A model generated the notes under the pieces. The model was not told the origin of the DNA, did not search any database, and saw only the letters and a list, made by a program, of their open reading frames with translations. A program made the translations under genes and the position numbers. From Octopus bimaculoides (lineage: Eukaryota), in assembly GCF_001194135.2 (NCBI RefSeq), contig NC_068990.1, forward strand, positions 84,164,912-84,228,911: 64,000 bases of DNA, given 5' to 3'. Shown here piece by piece: positions 40,267-52,690 of the stretch. How positions within the stretch are numbered: position 1 is the stretch's first letter; every line of letters begins with the position of its first letter.

Positions 40267-41749
40267 TACAGATATACTGTGCTTAAGTAGAAATTACGCC
40301 ACATCACGGAAGACAATATTTTCGCGGGTTTTGCCAGATTATATATATATATAAGAATTAATTATTATGAGGAAAGGGAAAAGCGATTGTATATTCTTGT
40401 CAAGCAGAAAAGCACAGATTTAGAAGCACATTCTTGTACATAGATACTTATCGCTAAACGCAGACAAATATTAACACACACACGTAACCATAAGCGACTA
40501 TTTGTTGAATTATATATATATATATATATATGCATAAAAATATACACGCGCACACACATATATAAAATTAATACATATTACCGTACATTATATAATCATA
40601 TATATATAAACACATAAATACATATAAACATTTACATACACATATATACACACATAATTAACAGGCCTATAAAAAAATAAACGTATATATATACACACAC
40701 ACACACAGAAAGGTATACACATTTGTAAGCACAATATCTATATCAATATATTTATAATATATATGATGTAACATCTACTTATATATATATGCATACAAAC
40801 ACACACCACACATATATATATAGCTAAGGTACCTGACAATTTTAACTGGCTTGTAGCAGGATTTTACGCGGTGCTTTTTGTATGTCATCATATTTATATT
40901 TGTTTTTATTGTAATGCAATTGATATATTCCGGTTTTCTATGATGTGTGAAACTGTTTATTAATAATTAAAAGCTGGCAACTTAAGAAAACACTGTTTAA
41001 CTTTGTTTTCATTGTAATTCTAAATTGATGTGAAATGCATAAAGCAGAAGCAATTCTAACACAAATAGGTTTTATTCAAAAGAGCTATGGAGTAAACATT
41101 CCTTGTTCTGTAGTTTGGTGCTCTAATGAAAAAATTATCCACTTGGCCTAACATCTGAGTATGTAACATTAAACTGATCATGAGAGAAACATAGACTTGT
41201 TAGTCCAACTCCAGCAATCCTGAGAGAACTGCTCTTTAGATGTGTTGTGATTGGTCATAGAGAAAGATTGTCACTAAAAATTGAAGGCAATTAAACTAAA
41301 ATAGCAATGTATAAGATGAAAATAGGCGAATGCATTGAATGAAAACGTCTCTTTTCCTTGGCACAGCCAGTCATAACGCTGACTTCAGTCGCATGAGGCA
41401 TGGATTCCAATAGCTAGTCTTGTGCTACAACTGAAGTAAAAGGTTTACAACCAGGATTGTTGGCACACTTTTGTTATGTGTAACTCATACTAGGAGAAAG
41501 ATGAAGTTTTTTCCTCTCCAAACATACAAATCTTCAAGACCTGCTCTCAACTCATCAGCTGGTGTCCCTTAAAGGAAGACTGTCAGAGTTTGCTTGAAAT
41601 CAGCAGAGAACAAAACTGTGATTGTACCCATGATGTTAGTGTTGCCGTTGAGATCTTGTTAGGTACGAGTCAGCATGAAAATGCAAGTCTGTGAAACATC
41701 ATGCATTCGTCTAATACTTTCGACTTATTCTGCTTCAGAATCAGTGCTT

Positions 41750-41930
41750 GTTTCACTCCTTTGCCAATATTGTACAAAGGACTATAATTGTGTACACGGT
41801 TTGAGTTGCAGTTTAAAAGCAGAATGGACAGTGCTGCCACCTGTGAGCGAAGCAGTAGCTGTTTCAAAGGTTTGAATGAATGAAACTTTCAGCCAAAATT
41901 TGATTTATTAAAAACCTTCACCTGTTCCAC
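41750..41930 (+). mobile_element. Possible hAT C-terminal dimerisation-domain fossil
   Basis: Translation LPILYKGL*LC...SAATCERSSSCFK...LLKTFTCST resembles the hATC pattern FPNLYKLLQL...SATCERSFS.LK.IKTYLRST. Confidence 0.45.
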
Positions 41931-42543
41931 CAGAATTGTGGCTGTGTAATTAAGAAGTTCACTTTCCATCTATATAGTTTTGGGTTCAACGTCTTCTACT
42001 ACAGCCCCAGGTTGACCAAAACCTTGTGAGTGAATTTGGTAGATGGAAACAGAAAGAAGTCCATCATATATGTGAGAGAGTGTGTGTGTGTGTGTGTGTG
42101 TGTGCATGCGTTTTGTGTGTATTTACATTTAAACTACAAAAGTTACAAGTGATGAGCAGTGTTGTAGTCACTTCTTCAGTCAACAAATCATCCACCAGCT
42201 TTGCACCTTCAAAAGATCTCTTGCTTGGAAAACTGATAAGGGTGAGCAAAAGGTAGAGCATTCATTTGAAAAACAAACCTCAGTCAAATATCACCAATTG
42301 TTTGACCCTTTTACTTTCTTATTTTAACCAAGAATGGCTCATTTTGGTATGCATACTGTTCTACTGTTGACAGTCAAAGATAATTACCTAAAGAATCTGA
42401 GAGTTGCACCTGTAGTTTGTATTGGAGTTACTTGTCTGCAATATGCAGTATTTTCAATGAAGATCAATGCTTAGTTGTACATGTTAGACATAAACTTTAA
42501 ATGCAAGTTTTTTGACTCTTATTTCACATGTTCTTCTTTTAAG

Positions 42544-42649
42544 CCACCCTGATGATTATGCCAAAGTTGGTGAAAACCGGATGATGAACAAACATAACAA
42601 ACATGCTCCTCATTTTGCTGTGGAATACAAGATTGTAGCCTCTTCTAAG
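42544..42649 (+). CDS. Candidate second coding exon of the unknown gene (R-HPDDYAKVGENRMMNKHNKHAPHFAVEYKIVASSK)
   Basis: Long polypyrimidine acceptor (tttttgactcttatttcacatgttcttcttttaag|) and AAG|GTACTA donor. 106 nt, phase 2 to 0, open in frame with exon 38667-38719. Confidence 0.45.
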
Positions 42650-42864
42650 GTACTATTCCAGTCCACTTTATGTCCAACGAGGCATCTTCTCTAGCAAGCT
42701 GCACAGAATTTTCCAGACTTATCAAGAACTGTTTTGAGGTCCTAGAATGATGTTAGACCATGAATATTGAGCAGGAGGTGCTTGAAATTTAAATAGACTA
42801 CAAAAGTTCCTCATTTAAAAATCCTACCTTCAAAATGTTATAATGTATATTTTCACTGTTACAG

Positions 42865-42950
42865 CTGAGCTTTGAATGCATGGAAAAGTAGATGCTAAAA
42901 CAATGATGCTGTTGACCCTTAAATTTGGCTACACTTCTAAAAATATCCAG
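42865..42950 (+). other. Candidate third exon (LSFECMEK* then untranslated)
   Basis: ttttcactgttacag| acceptor and CAG|GTACTA donor; in-frame TAG at 42889-42891. Confidence 0.25.
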
Positions 42951-43270
42951 GTACTATACTCTACAAATCAGACAGTTAATTTTTATAAAATGCGAAATAA
43001 TACTCAAGCATTAATGTAAGTTAAAAGTCAGATTTATAGAATATTACACCTAAATGTTTTAGAAACAAATTTCAATGAAAGAAATTGTTTTCTATCTTCC
43101 ATGATATTTGAAACTGTGTACTAACTTTTCAATATGGAATTCTAATAACAGCATTCTAGATATACATTATACTAGCATGTGTGTATGTGTAATTAAATAG
43201 AAAGAATGAGAGAGATTAAAAACTGATTGAGAAAGAAAAATTAATCAACACACACACACACACACATATA

Positions 43271-43323
<53 letters not shown>

Positions 43324-43967
43324 GTACACATGCACAATGAGATCAGCAACAAATTTAGTATGCAAATAGTAGACCATCAGGGCTCAGTCATCAACCTCTC
43401 TAAAGACCTATACTGGAAATATTTACAGTACTAAGAAACAGTCGGATCTAGTAACATTTTCAGCTGATGCAGAGATGAAATAAGGCCCCACAAAAAATGT
43501 ACATTTTTGATCATTGAAAAACTATTTCCCAAACACACAAGCTTTACTCTCTCTTTCTCTCCCCACCCCTTTCTAGATGACTGCTACAAATATACTTAAG
43601 TAATGAAGAAAAGGTTTCACACAAAATGTGTTGTGAACAAAGAATGGTCTAAGAATATATTAAGCTTGAGAAAAATATAGCATTCAGTTTTACCTCTTGT
43701 AATAAGTTAATACTTTACAATGCATTTACAGTCCCAGCAGTGGCACCAACATTTGTAATGTTTGCCTGTAGAAGAAATTTCCTCGCAACACATTAAAGGC
43801 AGTGATATCTGGAATCTTCCACTGAAATAATGATACTGACAGCACCAAAAATTAATAAATCAACCAAATGCTTAAAAATGATGAGAACAACATTCTACGA
43901 GTCAGTAGTGAACTCGAGAAGTATTCACATCCAGATGGCCTTCCATGCAACCCCAGAATTACTGGAC

Positions 43968-44340
43968 TATCGTCATTCAAAGTCCGTTTTCCATGCTGGC
44001 ATGGATTGAGCAATTTAACCAGAGCTGGTAAGGCCAGGAGCTGCACCAGGTTCCATTATCTATTCTGGCATAGTTTCTACAGTTGAATGCTCTTCCTAAT
44101 GCCAACCACTCCAAAGAGTGAGCAGGGTGTTCTTTTATGTGGCACCAGCACTGGTATCAATTCTGCTGTGGTGGTCAGGTCTTCTTGAGTACAACAAGGC
44201 ACCAGATGTCTTGTTCCATTGTCATCTTTGTACGGCTCAGTGTCTTGAGATTGCCCTTCAATACTTCATCCAGGTCTTCCTGGGTCTCCCTCTTCCATAA
44301 GTTCCAGCCACTTTAAGTGATTAGCACTTCTGTATACAAC
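43968..44340 (-). mobile_element. RTE LINE 3' end (ORF2 C-terminus, short UTR, tail)
   Basis: Minus strand reads CIQKC*SLKVAGTYGRGRPRKTWMKY, then the family C tail. Confidence 0.8.
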
Positions 44341-44454
44341 TACCTAGTGTACCCCGAATAAGAACAGGAAGAGAAACATTCTACATGCCCAAAAAAGGTC
44401 ATGTATGACAGAAGGATAGTCTCTAGGAGTTACGTGTGATACATAATGTTATAT

Positions 44455-44660
44455 TTCAGAGGTTATGCTTTTGCAATCAAAGAACAGGAGAAAGCTACAA
44501 AATACTTAATGAGCAAAAGCTCTTAAACTGCATGATGCAAAAGAAAATGTTGAGGATATCAAATTCTCTGGAAGATATCACACAAGTGATCAGCAGCTGT
44601 TCAATAATGTCACTGAGGTACTATCTTCTAATACGGCATGATGAGGTTGCAGAAACATAA
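44455..44660 (+). mobile_element. RLE-type LINE fragment
   Basis: GYAFAIKEQEKATKYL matches the conserved EG..FAIQDQ...T..Y segment that precedes the CCHC finger. Confidence 0.55.
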
Positions 44661-46139
44661 AACAAAATTCATAGGAAAGACTGCCCTGGGGTAAATAGAA
44701 AATATTTCTATTGTTGAAATAAACACATGTAAACACAAGGAATATTGGTGAAACATTACCATAAAAATTTCTGCCAAGTGTTCAATATAGTTGTTTGAAC
44801 AAGAAATAATTATATACAGTTTTATGCGAACATTTATTTCAAAATCAGTGAGAAAAGAGTATTTGCAGACGACTGTTTAGAAAGCTACAATTTCTCAACC
44901 AAGTTTTAAAATTCTTTTATACCTATGATTATCAGTGCACTTAGCTACATTAGCAAAAGTTTAAGTGCCAATCTTGAAAAGCTGAAATTTTCAGATCAAG
45001 AAAGTAACAGCTAAAATGTAATTTAAAAATACAATCTGTAAACAAAATAGTAAAAGGGAGAAAGATTTTTCACTATTGTTGTTATTCAAATTCCAGTAAT
45101 AGAGCAAGGTTTGTTTCTTTGTTAGAAACCAGTGCCTTCTTTATGGGAAGGATTCAAATAAAAAAATGGTAACATGGACATATGCATACATACACATGTA
45201 TAATACAATCATGCATAAATATGTTTGTACATACAAAGGTGGCAAATTGAGAGTCATGGATAACATTCATTCTAGCTCACTGCATTCAGAGTTCAAATCC
45301 CATAGAGGTCCAATTTGTCTTCAGAGTTGTTAAAAAAAAAATCGCCAACCCTATACTGGGATAATTTTTTTCTTTCTGAAAGAAACTGACTGTGGTTAAG
45401 ATTTTGGTAGGGATTGGCTCCAAAAGATCTAAAATGTCTAAAACAGATTACATATTATGATGGCACTCCTACAATTTCTTATGAAGCTGAAGGCCCAAGG
45501 AAGGAAAGACGCGTGTGTATATGTGTACATATGTATACACACACGTACATGTGTGCACATATGTATGTACATACATACATACATACATGGACACATAGGT
45601 GAAGGCATGATTGTGGGGAAAAGATCACATCAGAACCATATGGTTTGGGGTTCAGTCCCAAACTCCAAGTCCAGTGGACACTGTTGGTGGGTGTCCTATA
45701 TTCTAGCTGCAGGTCGACTATTATATTTTGTGAGTAAAATTGATGGATGGAACTGAAGAAGCTCATCATGTGAGATTGTGCATTCATACTTCCTTTTATC
45801 TTCATATGTTTGCTGGTTGTAGACAAAAATTTCACAGTCCACAGGTGTTGTTTGCATGCAGTCTACTACAAAAACACATACAGGCACCTTGTCATGTCTC
45901 AATACTGCACAATGTTTGTAAGAAAGGTGCATTCAAATAGTGTAATTTGTTTTCAGTTCTTCGTGTTACCATGCCCAAGCTGTTTACTGCTCAATACACT
46001 GGGGGATTATTACCTTGCTTGGAAACAGGTGAAGTCTGACAACAGGAAGGGCATCCAGCTGTAAAAAAAACTCTGCCCTAATATAGTCTTATCTGACCCA
46101 TACAAACATGGAAAAAGCAAATGATGAACAAAGATGAAG

Positions 46140-47335
46140 GTATGTGTGTGTATTAGGCAACAGGTTTACATAGCAAAGAGAATAGCAAAAGGAAAGAGAT
46201 TTCCCAATGTTCTACAGCAGGAGGATCAGAGGCATGAGGTGTTCAGGATTGCAAAACAGTGTATCAAAGAGAACAGAGATGTTGTTAGTGAGAAAAGTGT
46301 GCGAATGGATAATGGTATGCTTGCACTTAGCGATTCTGAGAAGAAAGCTTGATGGAAATACCACTATAAAAGGTTGCCAAATGTAGAGAATGCAAATATA
46401 GAACCAACCAAGGGATCAGCCATCAGAGTCTACAGCAGTAAGATCGATAAGGTAATTAAGGATATGAAGACAGGGAAAGTTCTCGGACCATCAGGAATCA
46501 CTGCTGAGATGCTTAAAATATCTAGCAGAGTGGGATATGGCCTAGTCACTTGCATAATTAATCAGGTTATCCAGGAAGGTGTCATATCCAACAACTAGTG
46601 TAATAGTATTTTAGTTAGCTGCTACAAGGATAAAGCTAATGCCTAGATAAAAACAACTACAGATATATCAGACTCTAACTCTCATGTAAGTTACAGAGAG
46701 AGTTATAGCTCGATTGACTAAGAATAGAATTAAACTAAAGGAAATGCAGTTTGGTTTTGTGTTTGAGAAGGGTACCACAGATGTCATCTTCCTAGTGAGA
46801 CAACTGTAGGAGAAGTATCTGGCCAAAAGTAAACCACTGTACTTAGCTTTCATCAACCTGGAGAAAGCTTTTGTCAGAGTCTCTTGCTCTGTTGTCTGGT
46901 CGTCTCTAAGGAAGTTAGGAGTAGATGAGTGGCTTGTTAGAGCTGTACATGCCATGTATAGTGGTGCTATCAGTAAGCTGGGAGTCAGCCAAGAGTACAG
47001 TGATGAATCTAGTGTACAGGTAGGGGTTCACTATGGCTCAGTTCTCAGACCACTTTTATTCATCATAGTCCTCCAGGCCATAACAGACAAATTTAAAACT
47101 GGCTGCATGAAGGAACTACTATTTGCTGATGACCTCACTCTTATAACAGAATCTGTAACAGAATTGGAGAAGAAATTCCAAGTATGGAAACAAAACCTGG
47201 AATCAAAGGACCTTAAAGTTAATCTTGCAAACATTAAAGTTGTTGATAGTAAGAAAGCAGACAAGACTCTCTTTCCATCAGGTAAATAGCCTAGGTTATA
47301 GAGAGATGTCTTTACATATGTCTCTATGGACAGAC
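46140..47335 (+). mobile_element. Degenerate RTE LINE ORF2 (RT domain)
   Basis: Frameshifted segments: QRHEVFRIAKQ, MKTGKVLGPSGITAEMLK, QFGFV, AFINLEKAF, GVHYGSVLRPLLFIIVL, LLFADDL (47122-47136) and WKQNLESKDLKVNL. Confidence 0.9.
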
Positions 47336-47404
47336 CAATTTGAATTCTGTGGATTCATAAACAGTTTAAGACAGCATGCATGTTTTACAAGAAAATATAT
47401 AAGT

Positions 47405-47730
47405 TAGCCAACATATCTTTTACTTGTTCCACTCATTAGACTGTTGCCATGCTGGAGCACTGTCTGGAAAGGTTCTTGAAAGGTTTGGTCAAACAAACCT
47501 ACTCCAGTATTTATAAACCTGGTAATTGTTTTACCAGTCTCGTTTGCTAAGCCACTTAATTACAGGAAAGTAAACAAACCAACACCAGCTGTCGAGTGGT
47601 AGCAGGAGATAAACACACACACACACACACATGCAACAGGCTTCTTTTAGTTTCCCTCTACCAAATCCACTTACAAAGCTTTGGTCAACCCAGGGTTATA
47701 TTAGAAGACAGTTACCCAAAGTGCCACACA
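47405..47730 (-). mobile_element. SINE family A, diverged copy
   Basis: Colinear reverse complement of 31722-32136. Confidence 0.75.
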
Positions 47731-47794
47731 TGGAGAGAAAAAGGGGTTAGTTGAATTAGTTTCAATCCTATGTTGGGATTTTATCAGTGATCAA

Positions 47795-48460
47795 GTAACA
47801 ATCAAAGACATCATTGGAAAAAGTGCGCATGAAACGAATGTGGTGCACTTGCCCTTCCCTGGCACCAAGGAAGAGGAATGGAAATGTTACTATGAGAGTT
47901 TGGTGAATAGGAATGCAAGAGAGAGGGGGAGGGTGTGTACACAAAATAGACTCAACAGAGGAACTAGCTATTTGAAGTTAGCTATATTGTTAAAAGCACA
48001 ATTAAGGATATTAGGGCAAGGGAAGCTGGACCATCAGGGATAGTCACTAAGATGCTGAAAATAACCTGTGAAGTAGAAAGAACATCTGCCTGTCAGTCCC
48101 TTAGCACAGAATGAGTTACATTCAATGACTGACATCAACAACTGCGACGAGGACAAAGGACATATTCTAGGAAAATGTAACTATAGAAGTGACATAAAAT
48201 TGATGGACCAGATAATGAAAGTGACAATAATAGCACAACAGACTAGGAGGAGAATTCGTTTAGATGAAGTGCATTTTGAGTTTATGCCTGGATGAGGGTA
48301 CCGCCATTGGTCTCTTCTTAGTAAGACAGCTACAAGGGAAAGTCTTAGCTAAGCCACTGTATCTAGCTTTTGTCAACCTAGAGAAGGTGCCAAGCTGACC
48401 AATGTGGAAGAAAAAAAGGTATGAAGAGATGGGAAGAAATGGTAAAAGCTGGACTTAAGA
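47795..48460 (+). mobile_element. Second, more decayed RTE ORF2 fragment
   Basis: WKCYYESLVN, GKLDHQG.VTKMLK, FEFMPG and AFVNLEK motifs, parallel to 46140-47335. Confidence 0.75.
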
Positions 48461-48576
48461 AGCATAATATTACAAAGGAAATGATATGACTGCAAGAAAT
48501 GGTTCGACACTGCACTAGACGAAACTCTTCCAACCTATACAAGCAGGGAAAAGCAGATTAAAATATTGAGTTACAC

Positions 48577-48664
48577 TTATACATACACATATACACATAT
48601 ATACATGCATGCATACATACATGAATGTCCAAATACGTATACATACATACACAGGCATTTATAC

Positions 48665-48720
<56 letters not shown>

Positions 48721-48905
48721 CATATATATACACACATACATATATACATACATGTTCATATAGATGTATATATATATATACACACACATATACATATATA
48801 TATACATATATACACACATATATACGCATACACACAAATATATGCATACACGTATGTATATATATATGCGTATATATATATGTATGTATACATACATATA
48901 TATAT
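48577..48905. repeat. Complex (TA)/(CA)/(TACA) microsatellite tract
   Basis: Directly visible; it accounts for the YI-rich ORF-track entries. Confidence 0.95.
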
Positions 48906-50884
48906 GTCACACTGATCGGTGGCAAAAAAAAAACTGATTTTCATATTCTCTCATTAACCAATACTAATATCCTCGTCTGTTCTTCGTGTACGGAGGGAGG
49001 TAAAGAATCCGATCGTTTTTGTTTTTACTTTTCTATCTTTTATTCAATAAACGCAATTGATATACGATATAATCCTTAATTATTCTCCATAGAATACAGA
49101 ACCCATGCAGATAGTAATTACTAAAAAGACAGACCAGGTACATGCTACAGTACTGACGTAGTTCGAACATACAGGATGCTGCGATCATCGTCGGTTTTTA
49201 ATTGCTTTAAGCATATTAATATTTACAGTAACAAATCCATGAGCCTTTGAATATCTTTAATGCTCAAACTGGAAAATTATCTATAATTCAGTCCATACAT
49301 ACATACATGGATAGATAAATAATACACAGATAGACGTACAAGTCTGATGTTTGTTATAAAGTGGGAGTTATGTCAACTGACTCGATTTTATCAATACTAT
49401 AGATAAATGTTACAGATATTTTCAGAGACTAGAACAAGCAGTCTAATATATCGATCCCTCTCGTCTGCGACCGGTACCGTTATTTCTCTGACTACGAAAG
49501 AATGAAAGCCAAAGTTGACCTCAGACCGTAAAGGGCCGCAACTGAATACCGCAAGGTATTTTGTCCAATACTCTTAAATGATTGTCAACCACCGCCTTTT
49601 TGTAATAATTATAATTTCTTAAGACACAAAACTAGAAATCGGACGGTGGAGGTAAATCGATTAAATCGATGATTCCCAGAGATTGACTAGTAATTTATTG
49701 TCTCGATTCCTAAACGATGAACTGCAAAGTGATGAGATTTGAACTCTGCACGTAAAGCACTGCAACATACACTGCTCTGAAACGATCGGCCAACCACCCG
49801 CCCTTTTATAACAATAATTAATTTGATTTTGATATGGGCACAAAAGACTAAGATTTTTTTTTTTTCTTTTGGTGGGGGAGCTGATTAACTGAATAAATAT
49901 ACCCCAGTACTTGACTGGCACTTTATCATTTCCAGAAGGATGAAAAGCCTTCAAATATTTAAGTCAAAAACATCGCCTGATTCCTTCCTCAAAATCTCAG
50001 GACCTGTGCCTACACGAGAGAAAAAAAATCATTATGACGTTGCCTTTCATCCCCTTAGGGGTCGATAAAATAAGTACCAATTGAGTACTGGGGTTGATGT
50101 AATCGACTAGCCTTCTCTCACAAAATTCCAGGCCTTGTGCCTATAATAGAAAGGATTATCATCATCATTATTACTGCTCAAACCCTAAGGTAATTGTACA
50201 AGCTTGTAATAAATCATTTCTAATAGACTGACACAAGCTCACATCTTAAGGAGGGTATTCATAGTCAATGCAAGCGAGATTTGAACGTATAAGAATTTAG
50301 TCCAGTGCTCTACACATTTCTTTCAAGTAGACAGAGGTGGAATGAGGAATATAATCGATTGTTGCAATCTTCAACATATTCTTTAGTTGACCTCTGGGTA
50401 GGAAGAAAGCAGCCCTGAGAAATATTGATAGCACTTGCGATGCCTTGCTATATATATAGCTGTGTCCCTTTGTGTTTTACGTTCAAATACCACCGAACGT
50501 TTAGCATTTTTTTTTCATCTTCCTGGGATCGAGATAAGTCGATTAAAATCAATTACTAATCAAGTATTGAAAAGGGAGATGAGAACAATATCTCCACCTA
50601 CTCTCAAAAAAATATTCGTGATCATTTGCCTATTAGAAATCAATGAAGATTGTGATGTTTGACTCCAAGTCACCCAATATTTACGATCAAACACATAACT
50701 TAATTTCAAGCATAATGTAGTCTATGAGCACACACTCTCTCTCTCTCTCTAATGATAGAATGTGATTTGAAGATTTAGCTGTTATTTCTAGCATACTAAG
50801 CGGCCACGTAGAGGTTCATTCGTTGGTTCGACTGATGTTTGTGCTGTTGATGAAGAAAGAATTAAATTGCCGGTTAATACTTAC

Positions 50885-50998
50885 GGTGTGGTTAATGCCC
50901 CACATGAAGACACTGAGGAGAGGTTCGTTAGCTCTGAACAGCTTCACTTTTTGTTGGACAGTTTTCATTTTAAGGTGCTTCCTTTTGGCACTAGCCAT
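50885..50998 (-). CDS. PIP4K2: First coding exon of phosphatidylinositol 5-phosphate 4-kinase type II (38 codons)
   Basis: [38 protein letters not shown] matches the PIP4K2 N-terminus (human [23 protein letters not shown]). agacATGG start context and a canonical ACC|GTAAGT phase-0 donor at the position where, as I recall, vertebrate exon 1 ends. Confidence 0.93.
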
Positions 50999-51400
50999 GT
51001 CTGTTGGTTTATTGTTTGGTTGGTTCCTTTATTATTGTAAATGATCACAAAATTCGAGGGTCGGGAGAGAGAAATCACTCACAGACACACTACAAAACAC
51101 AAGATAAATATAGCAGGTGCAGTGTTTGGAATTCTATCACAGCAGCCTGCACAAGACTTTCAACTAAAATAACCAGACATCCTCCAGTGGGGAATGAGAG
51201 TTAAAGTGAAGCTGTTCGTATCAGTTAAGTACATACAACTGTGTGGGAGTGTGTAGATTGTGAGATATATATATGTGTGTGTGTCTGTGTATGTATGTGT
51301 GAATGTATGTATGTGTTTGAGTGTGTGTATGTATGTATGCGACTGACAACTGAGACGTGCGGAATCGTATAACGGTGGCAAATGGTGTTCAGCAGAAATA
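50999..51400 (-). promoter_or_regulatory. PIP4K2 5' UTR and proximal promoter
   Basis: Directly upstream of the start codon, within a CpG-retaining zone (~48.9-52 kb). TSS position not determinable. Confidence 0.55.
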
Positions 51401-52117
51401 CAAATATTCACATATACATATATATATATATGAATGTATATATATCTATGTGTGTAGATGTTTATATTACAAGTGAATATAAATCTGCCTCTTTACAAGC
51501 AGATGGTTTCAGATTATGACAGATCTTTGTTGGGTTCTGCTTTGTTTTGTTTTGATTTCTTCTTCTTTTGCCTTTTAAATCCTGTTTCATGAGTCATGAA
51601 AATCCCAATACGAAGGGACAAGAAAGCATGTTGTTCTTGTGTTGTAGTGGCAGTGGTTGTGCACTGTTGTTGCTTTTGATGTTGTTCTTAATATCAGAGG
51701 CGGTATTTAGACGAATACCACGATTTCAAAAAAAAGTCAAGTCAACTTAAGTAAATCCATAAACGAACACATACAAAAAAAAAACAAACAAGTCACCACT
51801 GGACAGTTTAGCTATTGAAAAAAGGGGTCTGTTTCTATCTCTCGTTCCTTTTTTCTGCTCTTTCTCCCTTTCAAACTATCGCTTGACTCGGTATAATTGT
51901 TTTTTTTCTGTTAAAATATCTTCCAACAAGCGCTAAACTATGTTTTCCTTATTGCTTCTTAATGATATACCGTATTCAGGTCTACGTTTGTTTTGCTCCA
52001 CGGATGAATAATCCTCCATAATTATCCGTCTTAAATTCTTCTCCGTTGGATACTTTGAAAATTCAATAGACAGATAGGTAGATAGATACACAAACACACA
52101 TATAGATATACAAACAC

Positions 52118-52148
<31 letters not shown>

Positions 52149-52555
52149 CGTGTGTGTAATTACAGAGGTATGTCTTCCAAGACGGTGAGTGTTTCAAAAG
52201 TGATGGAGGTTAATAAATGAATAGCAATTGGGAAAGAGAGAAAGAGTGGGAGGTAGGAGAAAAGCAAAATGTTCTTCCAGTGGATAGTGGTGTCTGCCCA
52301 AAACACACCACTGGCCAGGGATTGTACCGCTGGTCTGTCCTACTTAATTCACTGTCGCCCCTGGCCGCGTCACTTTACTCCTCCACTTGTCTAGTACTAA
52401 TACCAAAATGGCGATGATTGCTCTGGATTTCCCAGCAGGCCTTGCCAGATTCTATTTGCAAGGGAGATCACTGCACTGCTTTTTCCTCCCCCTCACCTCC
52501 CCCACACTATCACTACTTTCTCTCATGGTGCAAACAGCAGACCTTTCTTTCAATT

Positions 52556-52690
52556 CCCACCTCTCTCTCTTTCTCTCTCTGCCTCTTTCTCTCTCTCTGC
52601 CTCTCTGTCTCTTCCTCTTTCTCTCTCTGTCTATCTCTTTGCCTCTCTCCCTCTCTTCCTCGGTCTTTCTTTCTCTTCTTCTTTCTCTAA
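52556..52690. repeat. Degenerate (CT)n polypyrimidine tract
   Basis: Directly visible. Confidence 0.9.

Noticed and set aside
42512-42694. Superficial similarity of PDDYAKV...NK...HF.VEY to PIP4K exon 2/3 (PDDFKAY...NK...HFKFKEY)
   Set aside because: Wrong strand relative to exon 1, and the spacing and key residues do not align; treated as chance.
45957-46028. 72-nt segment with AG/GT ends, open in all three frames
   Set aside because: Part of a dispersed repeat (ccttgcttggaaacagg... also at ~7430-7500).
48566-49079. Long YI/CV/HT-rich ORFs here and at 27733-28057, 36770-37069, 37825-38433 and 39973-40559
   Set aside because: Translations of microsatellites, not genes.
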